Origin: Naegleria gruberi
Lineage: Eukaryota
Direction: 5' to 3' (one strand)
DNA: 64,000 bases
Assembly (NCBI GenBank): GCA_000004985.1
Contig: GG738866.1
Part shown: positions 9,940-22,015 of the stretch, piece after piece
How positions within the stretch are numbered: the stretch's first letter is position 1
Layout: the number at the start of each line of letters is the position of its first letter
Made by a program: the position numbers and the translations under genes
Notes under the pieces: generated by a model
Seen by the model: the letters and a program-made list of their open reading frames with translations, nothing else
Told to the model about the DNA's origin: nothing
Databases searched by the model: none

Positions 9940-12324
9940 TTATTTCTTCAGTTTATTTCTGAGAATCTTTGGAACATAGACATTTTCGGAAGCCTTTTGG
10001 GTTTCAATCTTTGTTTCTGGTTTAGATGACTTTTTCAGACGAGACATAAGGTCAGCCTTTGTGAGTGATTTAACTTTAACTGGTTTAGCATCAACTACTG
10101 GCTTGACAATGACTGGTTCTTCAACCATTTCTTCACCATCTTCTTCGGCTTCTTCATCATCTTCATCTTCGTCACCAATGATAATATCTTCACCATCAAT
10201 TTCTTCGTCATCATCTTCACCTTCTTCGGCTTCTTCGTCATCATCCATGATTTCATCATCGTTGAATTGAGCATAGACTTCATCCCAATCGACTGGTTCG
10301 TCGTCATCATCTTCATCTGCAACGACAACATCCTTCTTTGCGTCCTTCAAAAGCTTCTTCTTTTTAGCATTTTGAGATTCAATCTTTTTCATTTGTTCCT
10401 TGGTTGGCTTGGCGAGTTCCTTACTAAGTTCGTCAACCTTGCCATCTGGAATAATACCAACACCCTTCATGTCGTGTTTTGAGTAAACAACAGCCAATTG
10501 ATCATCAGTCTTTAACTTGTAGAACAATTGCTTAATATTGTGATTCAAAAGTGGATTTCTCTTCTTTTGCTCGAATTCACCCTTCAAACTTCTCATTTCA
10601 GTCTTTTCAATATCATCTTCGAAAGGTGGAATGATAAACCATGGAAGTCTACCACGTTGCCAATCGTGAACAATCTTTTTAGCAACAGATTGAACATCTG
10701 GAATACCTCCCTTACCCAATCTACCACTTCTATAAGCAAGTTGAGTGAGGAAATCATGGTGATCCTTCCATGTCAAAATTTGATATGTACGTTGAATATA
10801 TTCTGGTTTCATACGATGGAGAATGACACGAATAACATCTACCAATTCATCAGGAGTAACAGTTTCAACACGAACAACTCCCTTCAATACGTTATCAGCA
10901 ACTCTATTCATATATTGATATTCCTCATCAGCAACAGATGTAGTATATGTATTCTTCAATTTATATTGTTCACCACCATCAGTAGTGTGAACAACACCAG
11001 GACAATCGATCAAGAAAATACGTCTCATCAAAGCAACATATTGCCAAACCTTAGTTTCACCAGGAATTGGAGCAGCTTTACAGACCTTCTTCTTTCTCAA
11101 AGTATTAATAACACTTGATTTACCAACGTTTGGATAACCCAAAAGACCAACACTGATACTTGGCTTATCACGATGGACTTGAGCATATTGTCTAAGTAAT
11201 TGAATCAATGCACCCTTACCGAATGGATTTTCAACACTGGCGTGGAATGCAAGACATGGATATTCTTGTGAGAGAATTTTAACCCATCTGACTGTCACCC
11301 AAGTTGGAACCAAGTCACACTTATTCAAAATGAAAACAACATGTTTGTGTGGCTTTTCCTTCTTAAGATATTGTTCAATATGATAACAACGAGTACCAAT
11401 TGGATCTCTGGCATCAAGAACAATAAGTAAAACGTCACTAGAGTCAACAACCTTGTACAATTCACCCCAAATACGTTTAGAAGTACCACGTTGAGTACAT
11501 GGATCATATAAATGGGATCTAACAAATCCACTTGAAGCCATAACTGAAGAAACATCTTGAGCATTAGTACCTTCCTTATGGAGATAATAATATTCATTAG
11601 GAACGTATAATTGTTTCTTATCCTTAACTGGTTCATAATCTTGTTGTTTCTTACCAGCTTGACCAAGTAATTCCAACAAATCGTTAGATAATAAATTTGG
11701 CCTCTTACGTTGAGCCTTGTTTCCGAAAGTTTCTTGGAAGTTAATTTGTCTCTTAATTTGGAAAGTACTAGATTGATGCAAAGCATGAATATTATCACTT
11801 GTTGGTACTAAAGTTTCACCTCCCACAGAAGGAATTGTTGGTTTTGTTGGTGCTAATATCGAAGAAGAAGTAGCAGTTGGTGTAGTGTTAGCTTGAAGGA
11901 GAGAAACTGGGACTTTTGATCTTTTTAAGAGAATTGTATATGGATCGTGAATTTTCTTTTCCAATGCAGTTCTGAACTTGGACATTTCTTGTTGACCAAT
12001 CACACGAGTATTGTTAAACCATTTACGATCTGGAGCAATTCTAGCCATTTCACCCTTGGCAATTTGTTGTGATTTTGGAGTAACATAACCTTTGATAATT
12101 TCACCATCTTCATTTCTCTTAACTTTAGATGTATACATCAACAAACGTTTAATGGTACCACGAGAACGCAATTGTGTTGGACCTTTACCAATCTTGGTCT
12201 TATCAACTTTACGATTTTGATTTAAAGAGTGACTCTTTTCTTTACGTTTCTGTTTAGTAGTGTTCTTAGAGAGAACATTTGGGACTTTAACTCTCTTGCC
12301 CGATGATGATGATGCTGGAGGCAT
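9940..12324 (-). CDS. nog2: Nucleolar GTP-binding protein 2 (NOG2/GNL2), circularly permuted GTPase.
   Basis: Matches: NGN-like N-domain ([18 protein letters not shown]); [25 protein letters not shown]; KCDLVP (G4); [14 protein letters not shown] (G1); DCPGVV (G3), in permuted order. Acidic DE-rich C-terminal tail. Single exon, TAA stop. Confidence 0.85.
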   Translation of the reverse strand: MPPASSSSGKRVKVPNVLSKNTTKQKRKEKSHSLNQNRKVDKTKIGKGPTQLRSRGTIKRLLMYTSKVKRNEDGEIIKGYVTPKSQQIAKGEMARIAPDRKWFNNTRVIGQQEMSKFRTALEKKIHDPYTILLKRSKVPVSLLQANTTPTATSSSILAPTKPTIPSVGGETLVPTSDNIHALHQSSTFQIKRQINFQETFGNKAQRKRPNLLSNDLLELLGQAGKKQQDYEPVKDKKQLYVPNEYYYLHKEGTNAQDVSSVMASSGFVRSHLYDPCTQRGTSKRIWGELYKVVDSSDVLLIVLDARDPIGTRCYHIEQYLKKEKPHKHVVFILNKCDLVPTWVTVRWVKILSQEYPCLAFHASVENPFGKGALIQLLRQYAQVHRDKPSISVGLLGYPNVGKSSVINTLRKKKVCKAAPIPGETKVWQYVALMRRIFLIDCPGVVHTTDGGEQYKLKNTYTTSVADEEYQYMNRVADNVLKGVVRVETVTPDELVDVIRVILHRMKPEYIQRTYQILTWKDHHDFLTQLAYRSGRLGKGGIPDVQSVAKKIVHDWQRGRLPWFIIPPFEDDIEKTEMRSLKGEFEQKKRNPLLNHNIKQLFYKLKTDDQLAVVYSKHDMKGVGIIPDGKVDELSKELAKPTKEQMKKIESQNAKKKKLLKDAKKDVVVADEDDDDEPVDWDEVYAQFNDDEIMDDDEEAEEGEDDDEEIDGEDIIIGDEDEDDEEAEEDGEEMVEEPVIVKPVVDAKPVKVKSLTKADLMSRLKKSSKPETKIETQKASENVYVPKILRNKLKK

Positions 12325-12533
12325 GTTTTAAAAATCGGATTAAAATTTTGAAAAAAGGAAAAAATTTGGGAAGTTAATAAGTGGTGGTTTTTTTTTCAAA
12401 GACAATTTATTTTATTTTTAAAAATGCAACCACCTCAAATATTTACTTGAAAGCAGAATATTCAACAACAGGTAAATTGACAAGGTTGTTGTGAATGTTT
12501 GATCTTGATCATGTTTTTTGAAGTTTGGATTAT

Positions 12534-14272
12534 TTAGTGAGTCAATTGGATACAGGTGGTGTCTGGATTGGAGACGAGGGATGGTATGATGAGTTGATGA
12601 ATCATTTTTAGTGTGGTCTTGTCTGTTTCGATGGTGTGAGAGGATTCCTTGACCATTTCAAAGATTTCCTCTGGATTGAGATGGGAAAAGTAATTGGGAA
12701 TGGAGAGGGATTTGATAGATGTGTTTGGGTTTCCCTTCTCATAGACTTGGACTTGTAGTGTGTAGGTTAAATCAATTTCAAATTCAACTTCAAAGGATGA
12801 TTCGTTATGAATAGGAATTTCAATTGAACCAACTGATTTGTCATGTTTGGAAATGAGTCGTTCTCCTTCCAGAATATTGATAAGTATTTTCTTTTGTTTT
12901 TCAGCACATACTGCAATGGAAACTCTCTTCTTACATGGAATGAATGCATTTCTCTCGATAATTGACTTCATCACACAACCAAATATTTCAATTCCAACAG
13001 AGACTGGATTGATATCTACTGAGGCTTCTTTTTTGGAGAGTGTGGAAAGGTCTCTCTCTGATCCACTCAGAGCAGAACCATATGCAATAACGTGTTCTGG
13101 AGGGATTGAGTTTAGAATAAAATGTGAATTCAATTCACAATTTTCTGCAAAGTAATTTCTCAATAATTCTTGCAACTTGGGTATTGAGAATGATCCTCCC
13201 AACAGCACAATATTTCTAATATCTGATTTGGTAATTTTTGCCTGTTCCATTAATCCTTCCATTGATTTAATACAAGATTCAAAGAGATCCATACTGAGCT
13301 CTTCAAATTTTGATCTATTCAATTTCAATTCGTAAATTTGTTGATCATTTCCTTTCACTGTTATGATTGCCTCATTTTCTGTAGATAATTTAATCTTGGC
13401 TTTTTCACATTCACTTTTCAAAAATCTCAGTCTCATTGGGTTTTCTCTAATGTCTAAATTATACTTTTCCATAAATTCGTTACAACAGTACTTTACAATT
13501 CTATTATCAAAATCATCACCTCCCTAAATTGAAGTTAAAGAGATTATTCAAAGCTCTAAAAACATACCAAATAGACATCTCCATCATGTTCCTTCAATGT
13601 CACATTTCCATCCTTATCAATAAATTCAATACTCAACAAAAATGATGTTCCACCCATACTGAGTGTCATTACATATTCATTTCTCAAACTCTTCTCCAAT
13701 CCATAGGCATAGCAAGCACATTGAGATTCTCTACAAATATCCAATACTGTTAAATTATTAAATTCACATGATTCCTTCAGTGCTTCCTTCTGCTCATCAT
13801 TGAAATAATTTGGAACACTAAGCATTATTATAATATCGAGAGGAGTTTCACATTCTTCCATTCCATAAAACATGTAAACCAACTGTTTCACATATCCAAA
13901 TACAAATGAAGCAACCAACTCTGGTGCAAACATGTCCATTCTACTTTCCACCTTCAAATATGTATCATTATTGGGACCCTCCACAACTCGGAATGGATAA
14001 AAATTGATGTTATTTTGCAAGAGTTCATCATTAAACTTTCTTCCGATAATCTTTTTCACATCAAATACTGTGCACTGTGGAAATGTTATTAATTTTGATG
14101 AATTTCCAATCAGAGGAGCTTCAGCATCCTCTCCAAGGAATGAAACTCTGTTCGGGCTCGTTAAAAATCCATACTCATTCGGAATTATTTTGATTTGATT
14201 TTCTTGATGAGTGGCAATGCAAATATTCGTCGTTCCAAAGTGCAAGCCGATCACTATTGGTTGTTGTGCCAT
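12534..14272 (-). CDS. Divergent Hsp70-family (actin-like ATPase fold) protein. Two exons (13568..14272 and 12534..13523) with a 44-nt intron.
   Basis: Exon 1 carries an Hsp70-like phosphate-1 motif (IVIGLHFGTTNICIA). The junction creates LGGDDFDNRIV, the Hsp70 signature LGGEDFDNR. Later VLLGGSFSIPKLQELL corresponds to VLVGGSTRIPKVQ. The GTATGT..TTTAG intron is phase 0. Confidence 0.7.
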
Positions 14273-14397
14273 TTTTTTCTTTTCTATTGTAAAGATTCAA
14301 TTCAGATTGTTAAGTTTTTACAAGTTTATTTTGTGAGTTCTATTTACAAATTTTCAAAAAGTTATTGATAAGGAATGGTTTCAAAATTGTTTTAAGG

Positions 14398-16489
14398 TTA
14401 TTGTTGGTTTTGATCTTCGTGAGCAGAGTCGTGATGATCATCATCAACCAAGACGTCCATGACTTCTTCAACGTCATTGACTTGTTCTTCAGTGATAACC
14501 ATCTGCCTTTCAGCCAAGTTTCTATAGATACCGTTTGGAATCTTGATGAGTTCACTATGTTTGCCCTTTTCTTTCATGACACCCTTGACCAAGACACAAA
14601 TAACATCTGAATTAATAACAGTTGTCAATCTGTGAGCAATACAAATAGTAGTTCTACCCTTCATCAATTGATCCAAAGCAGCTTGAACCAAACTTTCAGA
14701 TTCAGTATCGAGAGCAGAAGTAGCTTCATCCAAAAGTAAAATCTTTGGATTTTGCAATAAAGCTCTAGCAATAGCAATTCTTTGCTTTTGACCACCAGAT
14801 AAAGAAACACCCTTTTCACCAAGTTGAGTTTCATACTTTTCAGGTAAATCCATAATAAAGTTGTGGGCATTGGCTTGTTTAGCACAATTTTCAATTTGTT
14901 CTTGTGTACAATTTTCTAAACCAAGTGAGTAGGCAATATTATACCTAATAGATCCAGCAAAGAGAACAGGTTCTTGTCCTACAATACCAATAACTTTGTG
15001 CAAATACATTGGATCAATAGTTTCCAAATCAACTCCATCCAAATAAATCTTTCCCTTAACTGGCCTGTAGAATCTTTCCAACAAACCAACAATTGTTGAT
15101 TTACCAGAACCAGATGGACCAACCAAAGCAATTGTTTGACCCTTTTTGATATCCAAACTAAAGTCCTTCATAACAAGAGTGTTTGGTCTGGAAGGATAAG
15201 CAAAATCAACATTGTCAATTACAATGTTACCTTCAATATTTTCTGGTTGAACACCTCCCATGAATGGAATATCTGGCTTTCTCAAAACAACCTTCAAAAA
15301 GGTAGTTTCAGAAACGAAAGCTTTACCATAATGAGGATAGAAAGTTGCTGATCTAGTCAAACTGATAACACCCAAATAGAGCATACCGAAAACTTTGAAA
15401 ATTTGTCCAAGAGTCGACTTTCCTTCAGCCACCTCATCACCACCATACCAAAAGGCCAAAGCAATAGTTCCATAAGTAACCATAGCAGCCCAACCATAAG
15501 CGAAAGAGTGAGCCATTCCCTTGTAAATACCATTTTTGTTAATCTTGAATAAATCCAATTTAAATCTCTCAACTTCCTTTAATTCTCCAGCCATTGAACG
15601 AATTGTCTTGATACAACCTTGTTTTGGTAATTTAATGTTACTAAATATTGAATTTTAAGAAAATACTTACCTGTAATTTCATTGGAAACAGCAGCAGAGT
15701 TTTCAGTTAATCTGTTAATTCTTCTTGTAATGATTGTAGAGATGGTGGACATGAGCATATAGTTGATAAAAGTTAATGGAGATGTACTAACTAGAATCAA
15801 TGCCATTCTCCAATTGACACACATTGCCAAAATGAAACCAACAATAAATTGAATAATTTCTTGTAGGTAGAGAAACAATTCGTTGGTGTAAACATCTTGA
15901 ATTTTTGGAATATCTTCAGACAAGACAACAGTCAAAGCACCCAATTTCTTAATATCAAAGAAACTCATTTCTTGTTTGGCAAGGGATTTCATATAGGCTT
16001 CTCTGAGAGCTGTACCTAAACGAGCATTACTCAATTGCAAGAAGAAATGTTGCATAGCAAAGGCAACCATACCACAAAATGTAATAATTGTCAACTTGAT
16101 AGCTGTTTGAGCAACAGCATCTTTCAATTGATCAACAGTTGCAGTTGCAGCGTTAAGGAAAAAGGCATCGATCAAATCACCCAAAATCCATTGACAACTG
16201 AAAATGTTATTCAGATTATTTACATTCATAAGAAAACTTACATGACAGGAATTAAACCATAAGCCATACATCCAATAGCTCCAATTGCCACTAGAATCAG
16301 ATTCCACCCAAAGATTTGAATAATCTTGAAATGGTGATAAAACTTAATGTCGGGTTCTCTATCATCTTTGATTGCAACTTCATTCTCTTTCTTTGCTTTC
16401 TTATTCTTTCTTCTAAAGACGTGTCTTTCCTCAATTGATTGTTTGGTGTCAACACCAGTTTCTTGTTGTAATTGTACTTCAGTAGGCAT
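14398..16489 (-). CDS. ABC transporter, ABCB-type half transporter (TMD-NBD). Three exons (16242..16489, 15671..16197, 14398..15617) with introns of 44 and 53 nt.
   Basis: The nucleotide-binding domain has Walker A GPSGSGKST, signature LSGGQKQRIAIARA and Walker B ILLLDEATSALD. The splice restores the ABCB TMD motif ...EITGCIKTIRSMAGELKEVERF (IRTV.SF..E). Both introns are GTAAGT..AG. Confidence 0.8.
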
Positions 16490-17500
16490 ATTGATGTAAT
16501 GTTAATTTTTTTGAATTGTTTTCTCTAATTCATTCAAACATTAGCTATTTATATGATTAGTCTGTGATGATCTCATATTTCGTTGCTGATTTCTCTAACT
16601 TGTAGCCACAGTGGTGGATTCTTTCGTTATTCATAATTTTGGAACAGATTACAAATTGAATAATACTCCTCAATCGGATTCCATCCTTGTTGTTCCCTCA
16701 AATATTTTCAACTTAGTCCTGCTGTTAATCAGTACATTTATCACTCGGGGAATTGTCATCATATTGACATCCGAATTCGGAACAATGATAAAAAGAATAT
16801 TCGAAACATATGATGGACTTTTTCAATTGCCACGACGTTGAAATAATCTCCATCCTTAATGTCATTGTGTCATTTAGTATGGATTATTTGGAGAAATGAT
16901 GATTCTTATTGTCTCAATTTAACATTTCTTCAAAATACTCAAATATTATAAAAATAGATGATATGCTGTATGCTTCTAGAAGATTATCAATTCCGAACAC
17001 TTGGTGATGGTAATTTCCTCTAAATTGTTATATTCCGGTAAATTATCATCACATCTAAATATTGTTTTGTTCCTCCATCATGGAACGTTATTTAAATAGC
17101 AGAGAATAATTAAAAAGAAATTATGCTTGCTTTATCCACCAATAATAACATAACTCTCAGTTAATATTATTTTAAATCCTATATGATTGGTAGTATACTG
17201 TAATTGAGTAATGTTACCTTTGAACATCAGTTCTATTTTATTTAAGAGGTTTTCTCAGCTAGCCGAGTGCATCTACTTTTAAGGACCCAAAATATTCATC
17301 TCCGGTTCCGATTTTATTTAATTAAAAAGATTATTAATCATATTCTCATATTATAAAAAATAAGCCTACACCTACTCTTCCGCTTTGTTGTGCGATATAA
17401 AGATTTTTCATCATCAACACACCACCATTTGGAGAGTTAATAATAACAAAACACAATATAACAACATTATTTATTTTAAGCTTTAAATTCCTTTACGAAA

Positions 17501-18505
17501 ATGTCTTCAATTCGTCCACTTGATAATCTTACTCTTTCCCAAATTGTTGCCTCCCTTTCTTCCCGTCAAATTATTTCATTGAACAAGACTCTTTCTTTGA
17601 AGGAAGCATTGTTAGTCCTTGCCAGTAATCATATTCTTAGTGCTCCTGTTTATGATGAACAAACAAATTCATGTATTGGACTTATTGATGTTTTGGATTG
17701 TGCAACATTTACAAGTCAAACATATTTCAACAATACTGACCAGTCACAATTCAAGAATTATTTATTACAATTTTCTTTCGATGTTGAAGAAGTTGGATCA
17801 GTTATGAGTAAGTGTGTTGATAATGTTTATATGGAAAATTAACATTTTAAAGACATGTCTGGTAAAAATCCATACATTCCAATGAACAGCTCCGATTCCT
17901 TCATGAAATTGTTGGCTGAATTTGCTAATGGAATTCACCGTATTCCAATCTTGGAAAATAACAAGGTTGTTGCTGTCTGTTCACAAATGACTCTCTTCCA
18001 ATATTTATTCAAGCTCGATTTGGGTGATAATTCTGCATTGTTTGATGAATTCAAGTCAATGTCTTTGAAAACTGTTCTCTCCTCAAAGCCATTCTCTCAA
18101 GTTATTAATGTTAAAGAATCACAATTGGCCATTGATGCTATCAAGGTTATTAGTGATAAGGGATTGAGTGCTGTTGGTGTTTTGAGTGATAAGGATGATA
18201 AATTAATTGGATGTCTCAGTGCCAGTGATTTGCAAGGTTTCATTGATGAAGATTATCACCATTTGGCTTCTCCTGTTCTTGAATTCCAAAGAATGTCAAG
18301 AGAAAAGAATGGTTCAACATCAGCTCCTTCACTTGTATTTTGTAAAATTGAAAATCACACAATTGGTGACATGATTCAACGTTTATTGCAAGATAGAGTT
18401 CACCGTATTTTCATTATGAATGACGATATGGAAGTTATGGGACTCTTATCTTTAACAGATATTTTCCGTCTTGTTTATGACTATTTGCAACAAAAATTAC
18501 AATAA
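17501..18505 (+). CDS. CBS-domain pair protein (AMPK gamma/SNF4-like). Two exons (17501..17807, 17853..18505) with a 45-nt GTAAGT..AAAG intron.
   Basis: Repeated CBS motifs (..LSAPVYDEQTNSCIGLIDVLD.., ..IHRIPILENNKVVAVCSQMTLFQYL.., ..LSAVGVLSDKDDKLIGCLSASDL.., ..VHRIFIMNDDMEVMGLLSLTDIF). The two track ORFs are in the same frame, separated by a TAA that lies inside the predicted 45-nt intron. Confidence 0.65.
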
Positions 18506-18567
18506 ATTTATTGAAAAAGAGTCAAAATTGTTATTTCTTGTTTTTCTTATTTTACATTTTCAGGTGT

Positions 18568-19188
18568 TTACATTAATAAACAACAACCATTTTCAGATGA
18601 AGCAGCTGAATAGAAAGCTCTACTACTCATTGATAAGTCGTCACTCATATTTACAAGGTCATTTAATTCTCCTTCTCTTTCTACCATCTTTTCCAATACT
18701 TGATTCATGATAGTTTTTGTATCATCCAAATCAGTTATTACTTTTAATAGTTCATCAGCAGATTTAGGATCTTGATATTTTTGTAAGTAATCATTAATTG
18801 ATTCTAATTGCAATCCATAGTCTTCGATTTGATTTGTATTTAATGTATATGTTGACTTTGGATATTTCTTTTCATACTCAACAAGTACTTTATAGAGTAA
18901 TGAAAAAGCAACTCTAGCTGGATAATCACTATCCGTAACAATAACAGCACTTAATTGACTATCCACTCTTGTTTGTACATAACAAGTGTATTCATCCTTG
19001 ACAATTTGTTGTCTTGTTCCTGGAGGATTTTTATCCGATAATAATCTAGTAATAAATACAACATATTCACGAACAGTACCACGTTGAAAGAATCCGAATG
19101 AAGATAATTCATCATAGCCGGCCAAAATAACTGATTTGCTATTTGCTGTTGTTGGCTTGTAGAGAACGTGAATGGCCAATAATTTCAT
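18568..19188 (-). CDS. ykt6: SNARE Ykt6 (longin domain + SNARE motif + CCxxM prenylation box).
   Basis: MKLLAIHVLYK...SSFGFFQRGTVREYVVF...DSDYPARVAFSLLYKVL aligns with the Ykt6 longin domain. The C-terminal CCLLM matches the Ykt6 CCAIM farnesylation/palmitoylation motif. Confidence 0.85.
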   Translation of the reverse strand: MKLLAIHVLYKPTTANSKSVILAGYDELSSFGFFQRGTVREYVVFITRLLSDKNPPGTRQQIVKDEYTCYVQTRVDSQLSAVIVTDSDYPARVAFSLLYKVLVEYEKKYPKSTYTLNTNQIEDYGLQLESINDYLQKYQDPKSADELLKVITDLDDTKTIMNQVLEKMVEREGELNDLVNMSDDLSMSSRAFYSAASSENGCCLLM

Positions 19189-19771
19189 TTTTTATTATTA
19201 GAGTTTTAAATTAATTGAATACCGACAGCATCATCATGCTACAACAATACATATTCTAAGTTTATGTTTGCCTCAAATGGAAAGGACTTGTCTTTCCAAT
19301 AATTAATATCTTTCTTCATCATCATCATGATTATCAATATGAATTAATCTCAAATAATATTTCAATTTCACCCTTAACAAAGAATTCTTACTCAAAGCTA
19401 ACAAGCATTAGAGTTTGAATATCCACATAATAATAATAATTCTCAATACCTCACATTAATCTCTAATGTGAATGCAACTTTCATGTTTGCATCTCATCTC
19501 AATCCAAAAAAATCACTGACGATAAACTATTCAGGAATTTCTAAATCAAAAAAAAAGGCCTCACTTCCTTCACCATCAAACCACATACAGAGAAAATTTA
19601 CAGTAATTTTTAAGGATATTAGGTTGAACCATTCTTGATCGGGCACTTCTTAAGGAAACTCTGAGAGTATATCATTGTGAATTATTGAAGATTGTTTAAA
19701 TTATTAACTACATCCCGAAGAAGGAGTGCAGAAATTGTATCATATTGTATAGATAGCTAAATATAAGAAGG

Positions 19772-21970
19772 ATGAGGAATTTTCGACAATACAAATCATC
19801 GACTGTACAGGTATCTCCACGAAATGGTGGGTACGTTCATCATCCTCATCCTCCATCAACAGTGAAACATTCAGCTGCTGATGGAATGAATGCATCTCCC
19901 AACAAGGGAGAGAAAAAGACATTTTCTGAAACAATGAGTGACAACTCTTCACAGCCCAACACTAGTGCTGTTGAACCATTGTGGCTGTATGGATATGCAT
20001 ACTTTTCATTGGATAAAACTATATGGGGATTGTTATTGGATTTGGAGAAAAAGTTTGATGCTGGTCAAATTGACAAGATTCAATCACTTCCTTCACCTTC
20101 ATCCTCTCTTAATAGTGGTACTTTCACTTTTCAACCTCCAAAACCAAGTGTGAGGATAAAACAATTGAAACCAACAAATATTGAGCTTCTGAATCAATCA
20201 TTTATGGATTATTCTAATGCCAACTTTAAAGAGTGTTTGAAGAGTATTCAAATTTTGATAGAACGAAAGATTTCCATGTTTACCGACACAACAGAGGACA
20301 GATATGAACTGAATTTATCTTTATCTCTATTTTCAATTATCATTCTGAATTATTCAACTGTTTTGTCAACTCAATACCAGAGCTTTCACAACAGCATGGA
20401 ACTATTGAAAGTAGGAGAAATGATGCTGAAACACTTCAAGAGCGACCAATTGAAAGATTATTTCACATCTCTATTCAGCAGTGCCATGTGTAATTATTAC
20501 AAAAAAAGAAAAAAATATAACATGATGTACAAATATTCCAAACAAGCCTATGAAATGTACAGTCAAACAGGAACAAGCATTTATGCTCAATATATTTTGC
20601 AAACGTATGCCACTAGTTGTCTCTTTCGCAAGAAGTATGAGGAAGCAATTGAGTGCTTTGAAAATAACATTTTTTTGTACAAAAACCAAATTCCAAGCAC
20701 TTCTGTACAAACAAGCTTGCTAGATTATTTCAATAGAATTTTGACATTCATTTGTGACAATGAGTATTTCATAATTATTAATAAGTGCTTTAATACCTTC
20801 AATTATGGTGTGGCACTATTTGAGACGAAACAGATGGTTCCTAGTCGATACTACCTCTTTCAAGCTATTGATATAATGAATCACCACCTCAGTTCCCACC
20901 ACGATATAATTATAGAGAAACGATGGCTCAAGTCCATGATTAAGGTGTATAGAATTGTGACCTCTATTTGTGAAAACCAACCATACAATGATTGCAACAT
21001 TTCCATGCATGCAATTTTTAATAAGGGAAAACCAATGGTGGATCCACTCGAGCCAGCATTTAAAAACGAAAGGTACTATATTACCACACTGAACAAGGCA
21101 ATACACTATGTCATTCTAGAAAATGAAAGACAAGAAGTTATGGCAAGAGCAGAGATTGACGCCGAGGAATATAGGAGAGTGAAGAAACTGGTTAGCATAC
21201 TCCCCCTTTTGAAAGTGGATCCATATTTTGGTAAAATTATGAGCATTGAAAAATCAGTTAAGGAGAAGAAGCAAAACATTCCACAGGCCATGTCCTTTGC
21301 TAAGAAAGCACTCAAATCTTCGAAAATATTTCTCACTCCTCTAAAAAGACCTGAAGAAACAACATTGGATGAAAGTAATAATATCCTCAATAATTCATTT
21401 CTACTCGATGATTATGGAGATATTTCAAAGACACCTTCAGAATCACCAAGATCTGCTATCATTAAGCTTTCCCCACTCAATTTCTCGAGACAAGGATCGA
21501 TTGCTAATAGCGAAAGATATAATGTTACACTTTCTAGCAGTGCACTGAGTGATTTTGAAAGTGAACCAACAGAATTGGAACCAAATAGTGAACTATTGAG
21601 AGAAGAGTGTATTTCTCCATCCTCAAAAAAGAACCCAGGTTCTCTCCAAAATGCAAGAAAGGTTGCGGCTGCCATTACTATTCAATTGATGGTAAGAAAG
21701 TTCCTTGCTAGACAAAGATACAAGAGAAAGATGATGGAATGTCATAACAGGTTAATTGAAGAACTCAATAAGGAAAGAGAAGAGTACGCCTCAATGCTTG
21801 AAGATATGAAGATTGAAGTTCAGAATCAAGCAGCAACAAAGATTCAATCAATGATAAGGAGTTTTCTAGCTCTCAAACAAGTTGAAAAAAAGAAGACTCA
21901 GTTCAAGGAGCAATTACTGATGGAGATTGAAGAGGAAAAGCAACAATACTCGAGTATGATCTGCTGTTAA
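19772..21970 (+). CDS. Hypothetical 732-aa protein with two C-terminal IQ calmodulin-binding motifs.
   Basis: Single ORF. IQ motifs AAAITIQLMVRKFLARQRYKRK and AATKIQSMIRSFLALKQVEKKK lie near the C-terminus. No other domain recognised. Confidence 0.5.
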   Translation: MRNFRQYKSSTVQVSPRNGGYVHHPHPPSTVKHSAADGMNASPNKGEKKTFSETMSDNSSQPNTSAVEPLWLYGYAYFSLDKTIWGLLLDLEKKFDAGQIDKIQSLPSPSSSLNSGTFTFQPPKPSVRIKQLKPTNIELLNQSFMDYSNANFKECLKSIQILIERKISMFTDTTEDRYELNLSLSLFSIIILNYSTVLSTQYQSFHNSMELLKVGEMMLKHFKSDQLKDYFTSLFSSAMCNYYKKRKKYNMMYKYSKQAYEMYSQTGTSIYAQYILQTYATSCLFRKKYEEAIECFENNIFLYKNQIPSTSVQTSLLDYFNRILTFICDNEYFIIINKCFNTFNYGVALFETKQMVPSRYYLFQAIDIMNHHLSSHHDIIIEKRWLKSMIKVYRIVTSICENQPYNDCNISMHAIFNKGKPMVDPLEPAFKNERYYITTLNKAIHYVILENERQEVMARAEIDAEEYRRVKKLVSILPLLKVDPYFGKIMSIEKSVKEKKQNIPQAMSFAKKALKSSKIFLTPLKRPEETTLDESNNILNNSFLLDDYGDISKTPSESPRSAIIKLSPLNFSRQGSIANSERYNVTLSSSALSDFESEPTELEPNSELLREECISPSSKKNPGSLQNARKVAAAITIQLMVRKFLARQRYKRKMMECHNRLIEELNKEREEYASMLEDMKIEVQNQAATKIQSMIRSFLALKQVEKKKTQFKEQLLMEIEEEKQQYSSMICC

Positions 21971-22015
21971 TTGTATTAATTGAAGATATAGCTGTAATAT
22001 AATGGCGTTGATTGG

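Noticed and set aside
10061-11118. Plus-strand ORFs 10061..10270 (Ser-rich), 10267..10482 and 10528..11118, antisense to NOG2.
   Set aside because: They lie opposite the well-supported NOG2 coding sequence (acidic tail and GTPase domain). Their composition mirrors the sense strand, and they have no motifs.
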